Assembly (NCBI GenBank): GCA_030141605.1
Contig: JAQGDQ010001590.1
Coordinates: forward strand, 1-33,515
Reading direction: 5' to 3'
Origin: Tubiluchus corallicola
Lineage: Eukaryota; Animalia; Priapulida
DNA length: 33,515 nt
In this document: piece after piece, positions 1 through 10,869 of the stretch
How positions within the stretch are numbered: position 1 is the stretch's first letter
Layout: each line of letters begins with the position of its first letter
Notes under the pieces: model-generated
The model's input: only the letters and a program-made list of their open reading frames with translations
Told to the model about the DNA's origin: nothing
Databases searched by the model: none
Translations under genes and position numbers: made by a program

Positions 1-3000
1 AGTTTAGAGATAGCTTTGCTTCTTAACGTGGGGGAACTTTACTTCCCTTTAACTACAGTTAGTACATGTTAAGTTTAGAGATAGCTTTGCCTCTTAACGT
101 GGGAAAATTTTACTTCCCTTTAACTACAGTTAGTACATATTAAGTTTAGAGATAGCTTTGCCTCTAAACGTGGGAAAATTTTACTTCCCTTTAACTACAG
201 TTAGTACATATTAAGTTTAGAGATAGCTTTGCCTCTAAACGTGGGAAAATTTTACTTCCCTTTAACTACAGTTTGTACATATTAAGTTTAGAGATAGCTT
301 TGCCTCTAGACGTGGGGGAACTTTACTTCCCTTTAACTACAGTTTGTACATATTAAGTTTAGAGATAGCTTTGCCTCTTAACGTGGGGAAAACTTTACTT
401 CCCTTTAACTACAGTTAGTACATATTAAGTTTAGAGATAGCTTTGCCTCTAGACGTGGGGGAACTTTACTTCCCTTTAACTACAGTTTGTACATATTAAG
501 TTTAGAGATAGCTTTGCCTCTAAACGTGGGAAAATTTTACTTCCCTTTAACTACAGTTTGTACATATTAAGTTTAGAGATAGCTTTGCCTCTAAACGTGG
601 GGAAACTTTACTTCCCTTTAACTACAGTTTGTACATATTAAGTTTAGAGATAGCTTTGCCTCTAAACGTGGGAAAACTTTACTTCCCTTTAACTACAGTT
701 AGTACATATTAAGTTTAGAGATAGCTTTGCCTCTAAACGTGGGAAAATTTTACTTCCCTTTAACTACAGTTTGTACATATTAAGTTTAGAGATAGCTTTG
801 CCTCTAAACGTGGGAAAACTTTACTTCCCTTTAACTACAGTTTGTACATATTAAGTTTAGAGATAGCTTTGCCTCTAAACGTGGGGAAACTTTACTTCCC
901 TTTAACTACAGTTTGTACATATTAAGTTTAGAGATAGCTTTGCCTCTAAACGTGGGAAAACTTTACTTCCCTTTAACTACAGTTAGTACATATTAAGTTT
1001 AGAGATAGCTTTGCCTCTAAACGTGGGGAAACTTTACTTCCCTTTAACTACAGTTTGTACATATTAAGTTTAGAGATAGCTTTGCCTCTAAACGTGGGAA
1101 AACTTTACTTCCCTTTAACTACAGTTAGTACATATTAAGTTTAGAGATAGCTTTGCCTCTAAACGTGGGGAAACTTTACTTCCCTTTAACTACAGTTAGT
1201 ACATATTAAGTTTAGAGATAGCTTTGCCTCTTAACGTGGGGAAAACTTTACTTCCCTTTAACTACAGTTAGTACATATTAAGTTTAGAGATAGCTTTGCC
1301 TCTAAACGTGGGGAAAACTTTACTTCCCTTTAACTACAGTTAGTACATATTAAGTTTAGAGATAGCTTTGCCTCTAAACGTGGGGAAAACTTTACTTCCC
1401 TTTAACTACAGTTAGTACATATTAAGTTTAGAGATAGCTTTGCCTCTTAACGTGGGGAAAACTTTACTTCCCTTTAACTACAGTTAGTACATATTAAGTT
1501 TAGAGATAGCTTTGCCTCTAAACGTGGGGAAACTTTACTTCCCTTTAACTACAGTTTGTACATATTAGGTTAAGAGATAGCTTTGCCTCTAAACGTGGGG
1601 AAAACTTTACTTCCCTTTAACTACAGTTAGTACATATTAAGTTTAGAGATAGCTTTGCCTCTAAACGTGGGGAAAACTTTACTTCCCTTTAACTACAGTT
1701 AGTACATATTAAGTTTAGAGATAGCTTTGCCTCTAAACGTGGGGAAACTTTACTTCCCTTTAACTACAGTTAGTACATATTAAGTTTAGAGATAGCTTTG
1801 CCTCTAAACGTGGGGAAACTTTACTTCCCTTTAACTACAGTTAGTACATATTAAGTTTAGAGATAGCTTTGCCTCTAAACGTGGGGAAACTTTACTTCCC
1901 TTTAACTACAGTTAGTACATATTAAGTTTAGAGATAGCTTTGCCTCTTAACGTGGGGAAAACTTTACTTCCCTTTAACTACAGTTTGTACATATTAAGTT
2001 TAGAGATAGCTTTGCCTCTAAACGTGGGGAAACTTTACTTCCCTTTAACTACAGTTAGTACATATTAAGTTTAGAGATAGCTTTGCCTCTAAACGTGGGG
2101 AAACTTTACTTCCCTTTAACTACAGTTAGTACATATTAAGTTTAGAGATAGCTTTGCCTCTAAACGTGGGGAAACTTTACTTCCCTTTAACTACAGTTAG
2201 TACATATTAAGTTTAGAGATAGCTTTGCCTCTAAACGTGGGGAGAACTTTACTTCCCTTTAACTACAGTTTGTACATATTAAGTTTAGAGATAGCTTTGC
2301 CTCTAAACGTGGAGAAAACTTTACTTCCCTTTAACTACAGTTAGTACATATTAAGTTTAGAGATAGCTTTGCCTCTTAACGTGGGGAAAACTTTACTTCC
2401 CTTTAACTACAGTTTGTACATATTAAGTTTAGAGATAGCTTTGCCTCTTAACGTGGGGAAAACTTTACTTCCCTTTAACTACAGTTAGTACATATTAAGT
2501 TTAGAGATAGCTTTGCCTCTTAACGTGGGGAAATTTTACTTCCCTTTAACTACAGTTAGTACATATTAAGTTTAGAGATAGCTTTGCCTCTTAACGTGGG
2601 GAAAACTTTACTTCCCTTTAACTACAGTTTGTACATATTAAGTTTAGAGATAGCTTTGCCTCTTAACGTGGGGAAAACTTTACTTCCCTTTAACTACAGT
2701 TAGTACATATTAAGTTTAGAGATAGCTTTGCCTCTTAGCGTGGGGAAAACTTTACTTCCCTTTAACTACAATTAGTACATATTAAGTTTAGAGATAGCTT
2801 TGCCTCTTGACGTGGGAAAAACTTTACTTCCCTTTAACTACAGTTAGTACATATTAAGTTTAGAGATAGCTTTGCCTCTTGACGTGGGAAAAACTTTACT
2901 TCCCTTTAACTACAGTTAGTACATATTAAGTTTAGAGATAGCTTTGCCTCTTGACGTGGGAAAAACTTTACTTCCCTTTAACTACAGTTAGTACATATTA

Positions 3001-4141
3001 AGTTTAGAGATAGCTTTGCCTCTTGACGTGGGAAAAACTTTACTTCCCTTTAACTACAGTTAGTACATATTAAGTTTAGAGATAGCTTTGCCTCTTAGCG
3101 TGGGGAAAACTTTACTTCCCTTTAACTACAATTAGTACATATTAAGTTTAGAGATAACTTTGTCTCTTTACGTGGGGGAACTTTACTTCCCTTTAACTAC
3201 AGTTAGTACTTATTAAGTTTAGAGATAGCTTTGCCTCTTAACGTGGGGAAATTTTACTTCCCTTTAACTACAGTTAGTACATATTAAGTTTAGAGATAGC
3301 TTTGCCTCTTAACGTGGGGAAATTTTACTTCCCTTTAACTACAGTTAGTACATATTAAGTTTAGAGATAACTTTGTCTCTTTACGTGGGGGAACTTTACT
3401 TCCCTTTAACTACAGTTTGTACATATTAAGTTTAGAGATAGCTTTGCCTCTTAACGTCGGGAAAACTTTACTTCCCTTTAACTACAGTTAGTACATATTA
3501 AGTTTAGAGATAGTTTTGCCTCTTAACGTGGGGGAAAACTTTACTTCCCTTTAACTACAGTTAGTACATAATTATTAAGTTTAGAGATAGTTTTGCCTCT
3601 ACATGTGGGGAAAACTTTACTTCCCTTTAACTACAGTTAGTACATATTAAGTTTAGAGATAGTTTTGCCTCTACATGTGGGGAAAACTTTACTTCCCTTT
3701 AACTACAGTTAGTACATATTAAATTTAGAGATAGCTTTGCCTCTTGACGTGGGGAAAACTTTACTTCCCTTTAACTACAGTTAGTACATATTAAGTTTAG
3801 AGATAGCTTTGCCTCTTAACGTGGGGAAAACTTTACTTCCCTTTAACTACAGTTAGTACATATTAAGTTTAGAGATAGCTTTGCCTCTTAACGTGGGGAA
3901 AACTTTACTTCCCTTTAACTACAGTTAGTACATATTAAGTTTTCAGATAGCTTTGCCTCTTAACGTGGGGAAAACTTTACTTCCCTTTAACTACAGTTAG
4001 TACATATTAAGTTTAGAGATAGCTTTGCCTCTAAACGTGGGGAAACTTTACTTCCCTTTAACTACAGTTAGTACATATTAAGTTTAGAGATAGTTTTGCC
4101 TCTAAACGTGGGGGGAACTTTACTTCCCTTTAACTACAGTT
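1..4141. repeat. Minisatellite/satellite array, 71-72 bp unit, about 58 copies, truncated by the window start
   Basis: Unit AGTTTAGAGATAGCTTTGCCTCTAAACGTGGGGAAACTTTACTTCCCTTTAACTACAGTTAGTACATATTA repeats head-to-tail with point variants and no unique spacers. Confidence 0.98.
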
Positions 4142-4410
4142 TGCGTATAAGGTATGATAATAAATGTTTGATACTATAGTGCGTATTTTCTCTATTGGTA
4201 GTGGCTGAGTATATATGGTGTTTATTTCTTCTTTTAGAAAAGTGGCCTAGTACATGTTTGAGTGCATCATTTTGAGGTACAGTATATCTAGTCGATGTAT
4301 TAGGGATGACAGACTAGCTGACTTGTTGGTCTTTTGCCGTCCCGTCCTTGTCTAAACTTTGCAACTCATTGTTATATACTATCTATGATTGTTATCCTGA
4401 ACGCAAAAAA

Positions 4411-4520
4411 TATTATTATTATTATTATTATTATTGTTGTTGTTGCTGTTGTTGTTATTGTTGTTGTTATTATTATTATTATTATTATTATTCCTCTTCT
4501 TCTTCTTATTATTATTATTA
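4411..4520. repeat. Compound trinucleotide microsatellite (ATT)n(GTT)n(ATT)n(CTT)n(ATT)n
   Basis: Seen directly. It explains the poly-I/V/N/T ORFs at 4334-4612. Confidence 0.95.
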
Positions 4521-5035
4521 ACATTATCATAATCTGTTCGGGTTTTAGAAATTTTTCCCAATAGATGGCGCCATGAGTTAAATGAGGCATAATTTACATC
4601 TTGTAAATTCATAGTTTAGTATCAATACTAAACAACTAATTGGCGCTAATGTAAATCTACTTTACCTATCACTGTTCCGCTGTACGTAAATGTCTGTGAA
4701 AAAATTGATTTGAACTGAATTGAGAGCCCTAGTAGCTAGGAGGAATGGAAAAACTGACAGATGTCCAAAGTCATTTGAGCTTTTGACCGGAATGCTGCAG
4801 TTTTCAAGGCCCTACAGCAAACTGTTTACCCAGAGAGTTCCGCGACTATAACCGTCTTCGCTTGAATATGAACACGAATTAAATCGGACACCCCAATTTT
4901 CACATTTTGACTCCTATCTGGCGCCCGTAAACACTCGCAGCTTTTTTAAATCATACCACTGTCTGGGTACCTGTCCCAGTTGTCTTCTCTGCAAGTTTTG
5001 TGGCTCTACTTACAATAGATTTGGTGTTATTCAAA

Positions 5036-5143
5036 ACTGAAGTTAAGCAACGTAGAGCCTGGTTAGTACTTGGATGGGTGTCCGCCTGGGAATACCAGGT
5101 ACCTGTAGGCTTGCGGGATGCCCACACTGTATCTCGCCACTAG
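5036..5143 (+). mobile_element. Fragment of a 5S rRNA-headed retroposon (3' part of 5S plus 31 nt of body)
   Basis: GAAGTTAAGCAACGTAGAGCCTGGTTAGTACTTGGATGGGTGTCCGCCTGGGAATACCAGGTACCTGTAGGCTT matches the 3' part of animal 5S rRNA. It is followed by GCGGGATGCCCACACTGTATCTCGCCACTAG, nearly the same junction as in the copy at 25987-26408. Confidence 0.85.
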
Positions 5144-5176
5144 ACTTTTACAGTAAAATGTTAAAAGTTAAAATGA

Positions 5177-5219
5177 CGCCAAACGTATCGACTAGCTGCT
5201 GCTGTCATCATCAGTGGTG
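5177..5219 (-). ncRNA. Minimal type I hammerhead ribozyme motif, degenerate core (GAAA to GATA)
   Basis: Minus strand reads CACCA-CTGATGA-T-GACAGC-AGCA-GCTAGTC-GATA-CGTT-TGGCG. Stem I (CCA/TGG) and stem II are intact. Confidence 0.5.
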
Positions 5220-5391
5220 AATTTACAAACAAACAACCAGTTTATATAGGTACAGCCTGTTATGCAGTAATTATGTATTTAACAGAAGCCAAATAGGTGA
5301 TGAATAAACAGGCCAGTAAAGAAATTGATACTAAAACTTAAGCACTATAATAGGCTCTGCCTATATAAACTGGTTGTATGTTCGTAAATTT

Positions 5392-5433
5392 ACCACTGAT
5401 GATGACAGCAGCAGCTAGTCGAAACGTTTGACA
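5392..5433 (+). ncRNA. Minimal type I hammerhead ribozyme motif
   Basis: CTGATGA (5396-5402), stem II GAC-AGC/GCT-A-GTC, GAAA (5421-5424), then palindromic AAACGTTT in place of stem III. Stem I is weakened to 2 bp. Confidence 0.6.
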
Positions 5434-6310
5434 TGATTTGAACTTTTTAGTACAAAAGTTTTTGATAAAGTTGTCTTGTTTTTAACTATAAATAAAAAGT
5501 ATTTAAAGATTAGAGAACTTTGTATGTAAATGTTATTCTGAAGTTTTTTCCCAGTACGTGCAGCCATTGCGCTGGTTAATGCACAATTTTAGCAAAGCTA
5601 AGTACGTGCTGCCACCCAGTGTTAGGAAGTTAAAACTTTCATCTGTGTCGGAAAATCATGTTGTGAACAACATTTGCAGTGGAAACATCACAGTAATTAG
5701 TAGAAGAGGGAAAATTGGAGGAAATTTATAACTAAAGAGATTTCTACGTCTTCTGCATTTTATTTACCCACCAAAACAAAATGCGGTTAATTTTGTAAAC
5801 CAAACTCGCGATTTTTTCGAAATTTTGCTCAAACAGCCTGTAGAAAAACCGTTCTAGCGGCGCCTGGTGGGACTCTCGGAAGGAGATATGAAGCTCATCA
5901 GAAAGAGGAAGACCAGGGCTACACGATGGTGTGAGCTATATTTTATGGCACGTCCACTGAGAGGAGTACCGACGAGTTAATTAGATGTTCTATTTTTGGC
6001 AATTTTCGCTTGGAAAACTGCTGACGCAAAGCCATTGTTCTGACGTCATCCATTATACTCTGTCTATAATCTTATAACTTTAATTCAGTAAAAGCTGCTG
6101 CTGCTGGCTTTGCATTAGGTAAAAGTAAACAAACACTAGGTAGAACGTTGGCATATTTTCGATTATAAGTGTACTTATACGCAAAATTTTTTGCGGGGCC
6201 TTTGCTAGTCTCTTTATTATTTTACTGGTAACAGTAAACAAAGTTTCTAGTTCAGTTTCTAAATGAAGTTACACAGACTCAATTTTCATCTACTCCCGCC
6301 CCTGACTCCA

Positions 6311-6706
6311 TAAAACGATTAAAAATGATTTTTTTTTAAATTATGTAATATAATACGTGTTGTTAGTTTTGTAATGTCGAATGTATAAATAGTGTAAATG
6401 TAATGGGTAAAATTTATGTAATGTAAAGCTTGTTTCTGTTAATTGTGTCATGTCAAATGTATATATAGTGTAAATATGTCATGTAAAATTTAATGTACTT
6501 TTGTAATATTGTTTTGTAAAAATATTTTAATATTGTGTTTGTAAATATGTTCATTAATTGTATATAATTAGGTCTTAGTTTTGCACTTTAGTTTTTTTGA
6601 TATACACTGGATGCATTTGTCTTGAACATTGTTGTTATTTTAACATTACGCTGAGGCTTACTCAATTCTATTATAATGAGTGAACCATTTCAAAGACAAA
6701 TAAAGA

Positions 6707-6740
<34 letters not shown>
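6311..6740 (+). mobile_element. Non-LTR retroposon 3' end, family A copy 1
   Basis: AT-rich 3'UTR-like sequence ending in a stem-loop ACTCA..TGAGT, AATAAA and a (TA)n tail. Homologous to 12590-12937 (-) and 13523-13745 (+), which share the same 3' end. Confidence 0.75.
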
Positions 6741-6742
<2 letters not shown>

Positions 6743-7271
6743 TCTCATTACTGACAGGTACCAAGGAAACAGACTGCTTCCAGTATTATACTAGTGCCAC
6801 AAAAGTATTTCGGACAGCACAGGTGAAGTTGAAGTGGGAGCCTTGTAAAGCCCCCCCCCCCAGTACCCGTTTCCGTTTTCAACATTTTCGATGCATTAGA
6901 TTTGGTAGGGAGTATCCGTTTAAAAATTTTATTTGCATGTTTTATTCTAAATAGTACACTAAATGCAAATACATTCTTCTCAAATACTTTCAGAATCAAC
7001 AAATATGAGTATTGCTTAATTTGATGTGCGTCTCCATGTTCAATGTCATTCCTGTTACTTTTATGAAAAAGGTCAGTCACATGCTACTGATTAACCCTAT
7101 TGTTTTAATTCTTTGTCACCAGAGGGCACCAGCTGTGACAATTTGGCAGACATTTTAATGGTTGTTGTTTTGTTGTATACATGTATGTAATGTAATGTAA
7201 TGTAATGCAATGTATATGCCAATAGTAAATTCTATTAAATGGTTCGTATACGTTCAGTTGTAAATTTACGT

Positions 7272-7391
7272 GACATGTTCAGTAAAGTAAACATGTTCAA
7301 TAAAGTATTGAACATGTTCAATAAAGTATTGAACATGTTCAATAAAGTATTGAACATGTTCAATAAAGTATTGAACATGTTCAGTAAAGTA
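7272..7391. repeat. 21-bp tandem repeat, about 5 copies, containing an 18-bp palindrome
   Basis: Unit GAACATGTTCAATAAAGTATT. TATTGAACATGTTCAATA is self-complementary. Confidence 0.93.
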
Positions 7392-7786
7392 AATGAGATT
7401 TAAAATATCAGTCAATTTCTATTTGTCCCTTCCATAAAAAGTTTTTGCAAAATTGTAGCAAAGTAACTACAGTAGGTTTCATCACTTGAAACGTCTCAGG
7501 AGAGCGCAGCCTCCATACATCCGTAAAACACTTGGGTACCAAGCTGCTGAGTGACTCATTGTTTTTATACAGCTGGTAGAACAAGATTACCGTCCAACAC
7601 GACATGTTCACGACTTTGCAGCACTAGGAATGACGACTTAAATTTAACTGTACATTAATCTGCAAAGGTAAAGCTCGTAATAATAATAATAATCTAAATT
7701 TAAAGTGTACATTTGGGTGAATTAACATTAGCTCAAAGAGCTATTATCGCTGACTGTAAATAACAAACTACGACTACATAATAGAG

Positions 7787-7933
7787 ATTATTATTACCCC
7801 ACTTTTACCCTAAAACCACGCACCAGGCAGGGCAACAGCAGGTACCATTTTTAAACTCTTTGGCATGATGACCCGGCCGCTGGTTCGAACTCACGACCTC
7901 CCAGACCGAAAGCAGATGCATTACCACTAAACT
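7787..7933 (-). mobile_element. tRNA-derived SINE, probably with a Meta/MESC-type core, and a short (TAA)n tail
   Basis: Minus strand has an A-box-like AGTTTAGTGGT and B box GTTCGAACC, then CCAAAGAGTTTAAAAATGGTACCTGCTGTTGCCCTGCCTGG, which resembles the MetaSINE core as I recall it (not searched). Confidence 0.75.
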
Positions 7934-8384
7934 AAACCGTCTGATCTGAACATATAATGCTCTTCTATAATAATTATTAAAGTAATAATTGTTATCGATA
8001 TATTAATGAATGAAGTGTCTTATCTGCTGTATGCTATAACTGAGTTAACTGTATGCAAAGCTATTATATTAAATCAAGGAATGATAAAAGTTTGTTCATT
8101 AGACTTTTAAATACAGCAGACATTTTGTCAGCTCAACTGTCTGCATTAGTATGTGCGCGTAAGTCATAAACAGATAGTTTAGTTTAATTGTAACATGCCC
8201 GCTTTCCGTCTGGGATGTTGCGAGTTCGACACAGCCCCCGGGTGAGTTCGCATTACTGTTGTGTACACAATAAACTGTGTTTGACACAATGGAGGTCTGT
8301 TTTAATATTCAGCAAAAGCAAAATTATTTATTTGCTAATGAATAATGATTAATTATTTAACAATTAATGTTGAGCATTGACATA

Positions 8385-8462
8385 TTTATTTCTTCATACA
8401 AAGAAGTTATTAGCTTCGGCTTAACGAAAAGAAAGCGAAACTCATTTCAAACATTTTTTATT
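8385..8462 (-). promoter_or_regulatory. Candidate polyadenylation signals of RPF2
   Basis: AATAAA on the minus strand at 8457-8462 and 8385-8390, about 30 and 100 nt past the stop. The background is AT-rich, so support is weak. Confidence 0.4.
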
Positions 8463-8491
8463 CATTTGTTAGTAAAAATATGCCAACTAGT

Positions 8492-9325
8492 TCACTTTTT
8501 CTGCTTAGTCGCTGAAACTTCGCCATTCATTTCTTCTCTATGGCTTCGCTTTAACCCTTTCATTTTACGTAACTGCAACGAGCTCAAGTTTTGCTTAGTC
8601 ATATGAATGCGGCCCGTCTTTGTACCGAACACATCGTGCGCCACGTTCTTCGTCCTCTTCGGTTTTATCTCTTTCGGTTGCCTGGACGCTCGCTTGAACA
8701 GGTCGTTATTGGCTAACTTCGTGCGGCGAAGTTCGAAGTCCATCGACGGGCCGATTTCCTCCACTTCGATTCTGGGCGTTTTAGAGCCGGACTTTTTCAA
8801 GAGAATTTTATAGCTTCTCATGTAAACGGCACCGTGGATCGCCGTGAACGTTATCACGTGTTCCAAGCCCGCGAGTCGTATATTTTCCACAACAGGTCCG
8901 CGAAAAAAATCTACAAGAAGGCTTTTTAGTCTCTGGTATTCGAGGTTGTTCGAAAAAAGTTCTCCACTAAACACCAGGCAAGGTTTAGCGCCGAGGGCGC
9001 ATTTCGCTCCGGAAAACTCCATCATGGGTTTAAATTTCGTTAGCCCCAATTCTACCATGTCTAAAATGTGATAGTCGAAGAGTCGTCCGATAACCAAGTT
9101 GTGCGGTCGTTTTTTCGTATGCGAGGCGAAAGCGAACAGCGAGGCATCCATTTTCTGCGAGAAGAATTCCAAGCCAGTCTCGTCTTCAAACGGTCGAAAC
9201 GCATTCTTTCTTTTGTACAACGCAGCGTTAGGCTTCTTTAGAGCGTAGAGGTCTTTCAACGCTTGTATACTTTGCTCGCTCGCGTGTTGCCCTCTAACAA
9301 ACATTGCAGATTTCGTATTTTCTAC
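8492..9325 (-). CDS. RPF2: Ribosome production factor 2 homolog (Brix domain), coding exon 2 of 2
   Basis: Acceptor tatttcag|GTA, phase 0, giving VENTKSAMFVRG...LKDLYALKKP...KKRPHNLVIGRLFDYHILDMVELG...KLLKKSGSKTPRIEVEEIGPSMD-type motifs (here KILLKKSGSKTPRIEVEEIGPSMD)...GRIHMTKQNLSSLQLRKMKGLK. These are hallmark Rpf2 motifs, and the frame is open to TGA. Confidence 0.96.
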   Translation of the reverse strand, partial: VENTKSAMFVRGQHASEQSIQALKDLYALKKPNAALYKRKNAFRPFEDETGLEFFSQKMDASLFAFASHTKKRPHNLVIGRLFDYHILDMVELGLTKFKPMMEFSGAKCALGAKPCLVFSGELFSNNLEYQRLKSLLVDFFRGPVVENIRLAGLEHVITFTAIHGAVYMRSYKILLKKSGSKTPRIEVEEIGPSMDFELRRTKLANNDLFKRASRQPKEIKPKRTKNVAHDVFGTKTGRIHMTKQNLSSLQLRKMKGLKRSHREEMNGEVSATKQKK

Positions 9326-9388
9326 CTGAAATATAGTAACAGGTGAAGTTTAGTTAAGTCCGAGATTCACATTAACTATCTGCTTAAT

Positions 9389-10818
9389 TAGGCCTGTATG
9401 GATGTATGGATACATCCATGTATCGTTGCATCGCGTTGTCTTTTATTACGATGTGCGTATCACCGAAGTGCACCCGTATCGTGATAGTCTGAGTCAATGA
9501 TGTTTAGCAAATTAGCAGACGAATGACCGTATGTTGATAAAGATGATGTGAAGTGATTCAAGCTGCAGCTGTAGAGTTTACTGTAGATACGTAACAATCA
9601 GTGCAGTGATTCAAGCTACAGCTGTAGAGTTTACTGTAGATACGTAACAATCAGTGCAGTGATTCAAGCTGCAGCTGTAGTGTTTACTGTAGATACCTAA
9701 CAATCAGTGCAGTGATTCAAGCTACAGCTGTAGAGTTTACTGTAGATACGTAACAATCAGTGCAGTGATTCAAGCTGCAGCTGTAGAGTTTACTGTAGAT
9801 ACGTAACAATCAGTGCAGTGATTCAAGCTGCAGCTGTAGAGTTTACTGTAGATACAGTAACAAACAGTGAAGTGATTCAAGATGCAGCTGGAGAGTGTAC
9901 TGTAGATACGTAACAATCAGTGCAGTGATTCAAGCTACAGCTGTAGAGTTTACTGTAGATACGTAACAATCAGTGCAGTGATTCAAGCTGCAGCTGTAGA
10001 GTTTACTGTAGATACGTAACAATCAGTGCAGTGATTCAAGCTACAGCTGTAGAGTTTACTGTAGATACGTAACAATCAGTGCAGTGATTCAAGCTACAGC
10101 TGTAGAGTTTACTGTAGATACGTAACAATCAGTGTAGTGATTCAAGCTGCAGCTATAGAGTTTACTGTAGATATGTAACAATCAGTGCTGTAATTCAAGC
10201 TGCAGTTGTGGGGTTTACTGTAGATACGTAACAATCAGTGCAGTGATTCAAGCTACAGCTGTAGAGTTTACTGTAGATACGTAACAATCAGTGCAGTGAT
10301 TCAAGCTGCAGCTGTAGAGTTTACTGTAGATACCTAACAATCAGTGCAGTGATTCAAGCTGCAGCTGTAGAGTTTACTGTAGATATGTAACAATCAGTGC
10401 AGTGATTCAAGCTACAGCTGTACAGTTTACTGTAGATATGTAACAATCAGTGCAGTAGTTGACTTAACACAAGCACTGCTAGCAGTCAAAGTGGTTGAAA
10501 ATGCAAGATGTTTAATCTGTAGTATGTTGTTTACGTTGAAGTGTTGATGTTTTGCTTTTCTTAGGGCTCACAGTGCAAACAACAGCCTACACAATACGCA
10601 AGTAATAAATAAAAACAAACAGTTTGTCGAGTTATTTTCGCATTTAGCAAACCTAAAAATGTTGATTGATAAACTATGATTGATCAGCATTTATTATCAA
10701 CGGCTTCATCTATAAGCCTGCAGACATTAACGCAGGTGTATCATGATATGTATCGAATCGCGAGGTAAATATCGTGATATGTAACGTACCGTGACCTACG
10801 TGTATCGTTACAACCCTA
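9389..10818. mobile_element. Non-autonomous hAT-type element in the RPF2 intron, carrying an internal minisatellite
   Basis: Imperfect termini TAGGCCTGTATGGAT / ATCGTTACAACCCTA, subterminal GTATCG motif clusters, and an 8-bp TSD TGCTTAAT (9381-9388) / TGCTCAAT (10819-10826). Confidence 0.75.
9552..10457. repeat. 53-bp minisatellite, about 17 copies
   Basis: Unit AGTGATTCAAGCTGCAGCTGTAGAGTTTACTGTAGATACGTAACAATCAGTGC. Confidence 0.97.
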
Positions 10819-10869
10819 TGCTCAATGACAGTCCATTGAGAGGTGTTTACCCTCGGCTGGTAACATTCA

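Larger units (their letters stand above)
5162..5448. mobile_element. Inverted repeat (arms about 5162-5263 and 5347-5448), likely a Penelope-like element pseudo-LTR remnant
   Basis: The two ~100 bp arms are reverse complements with scattered mismatches, and each carries a minimal hammerhead motif. Inverted pLTRs with hammerheads are characteristic of Penelope-like elements. No RT or GIY-YIG ORF is seen. Confidence 0.6.

Noticed and set aside
1-4141. CRISPR array (GTTTAGAG start resembles type II repeats)
   Set aside because: There are no unique spacers, the whole unit repeats, there are no cas genes, and the context is eukaryotic. The same applies to the other arrays.
4334-4612. Poly-Ile/Val/Asn ORFs
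   Set aside because: Translations of a trinucleotide microsatellite.
4530-6060. Additional non-autonomous DNA transposon or HINE-like fragments at about 4530-5035 and 5770-6060
   Set aside because: They look repeat-like, but I found no paired termini, TSD or second copy in the window.
8367-9071. Plus-strand ORFs overlapping RPF2
   Set aside because: Antisense shadows of the real CDS.
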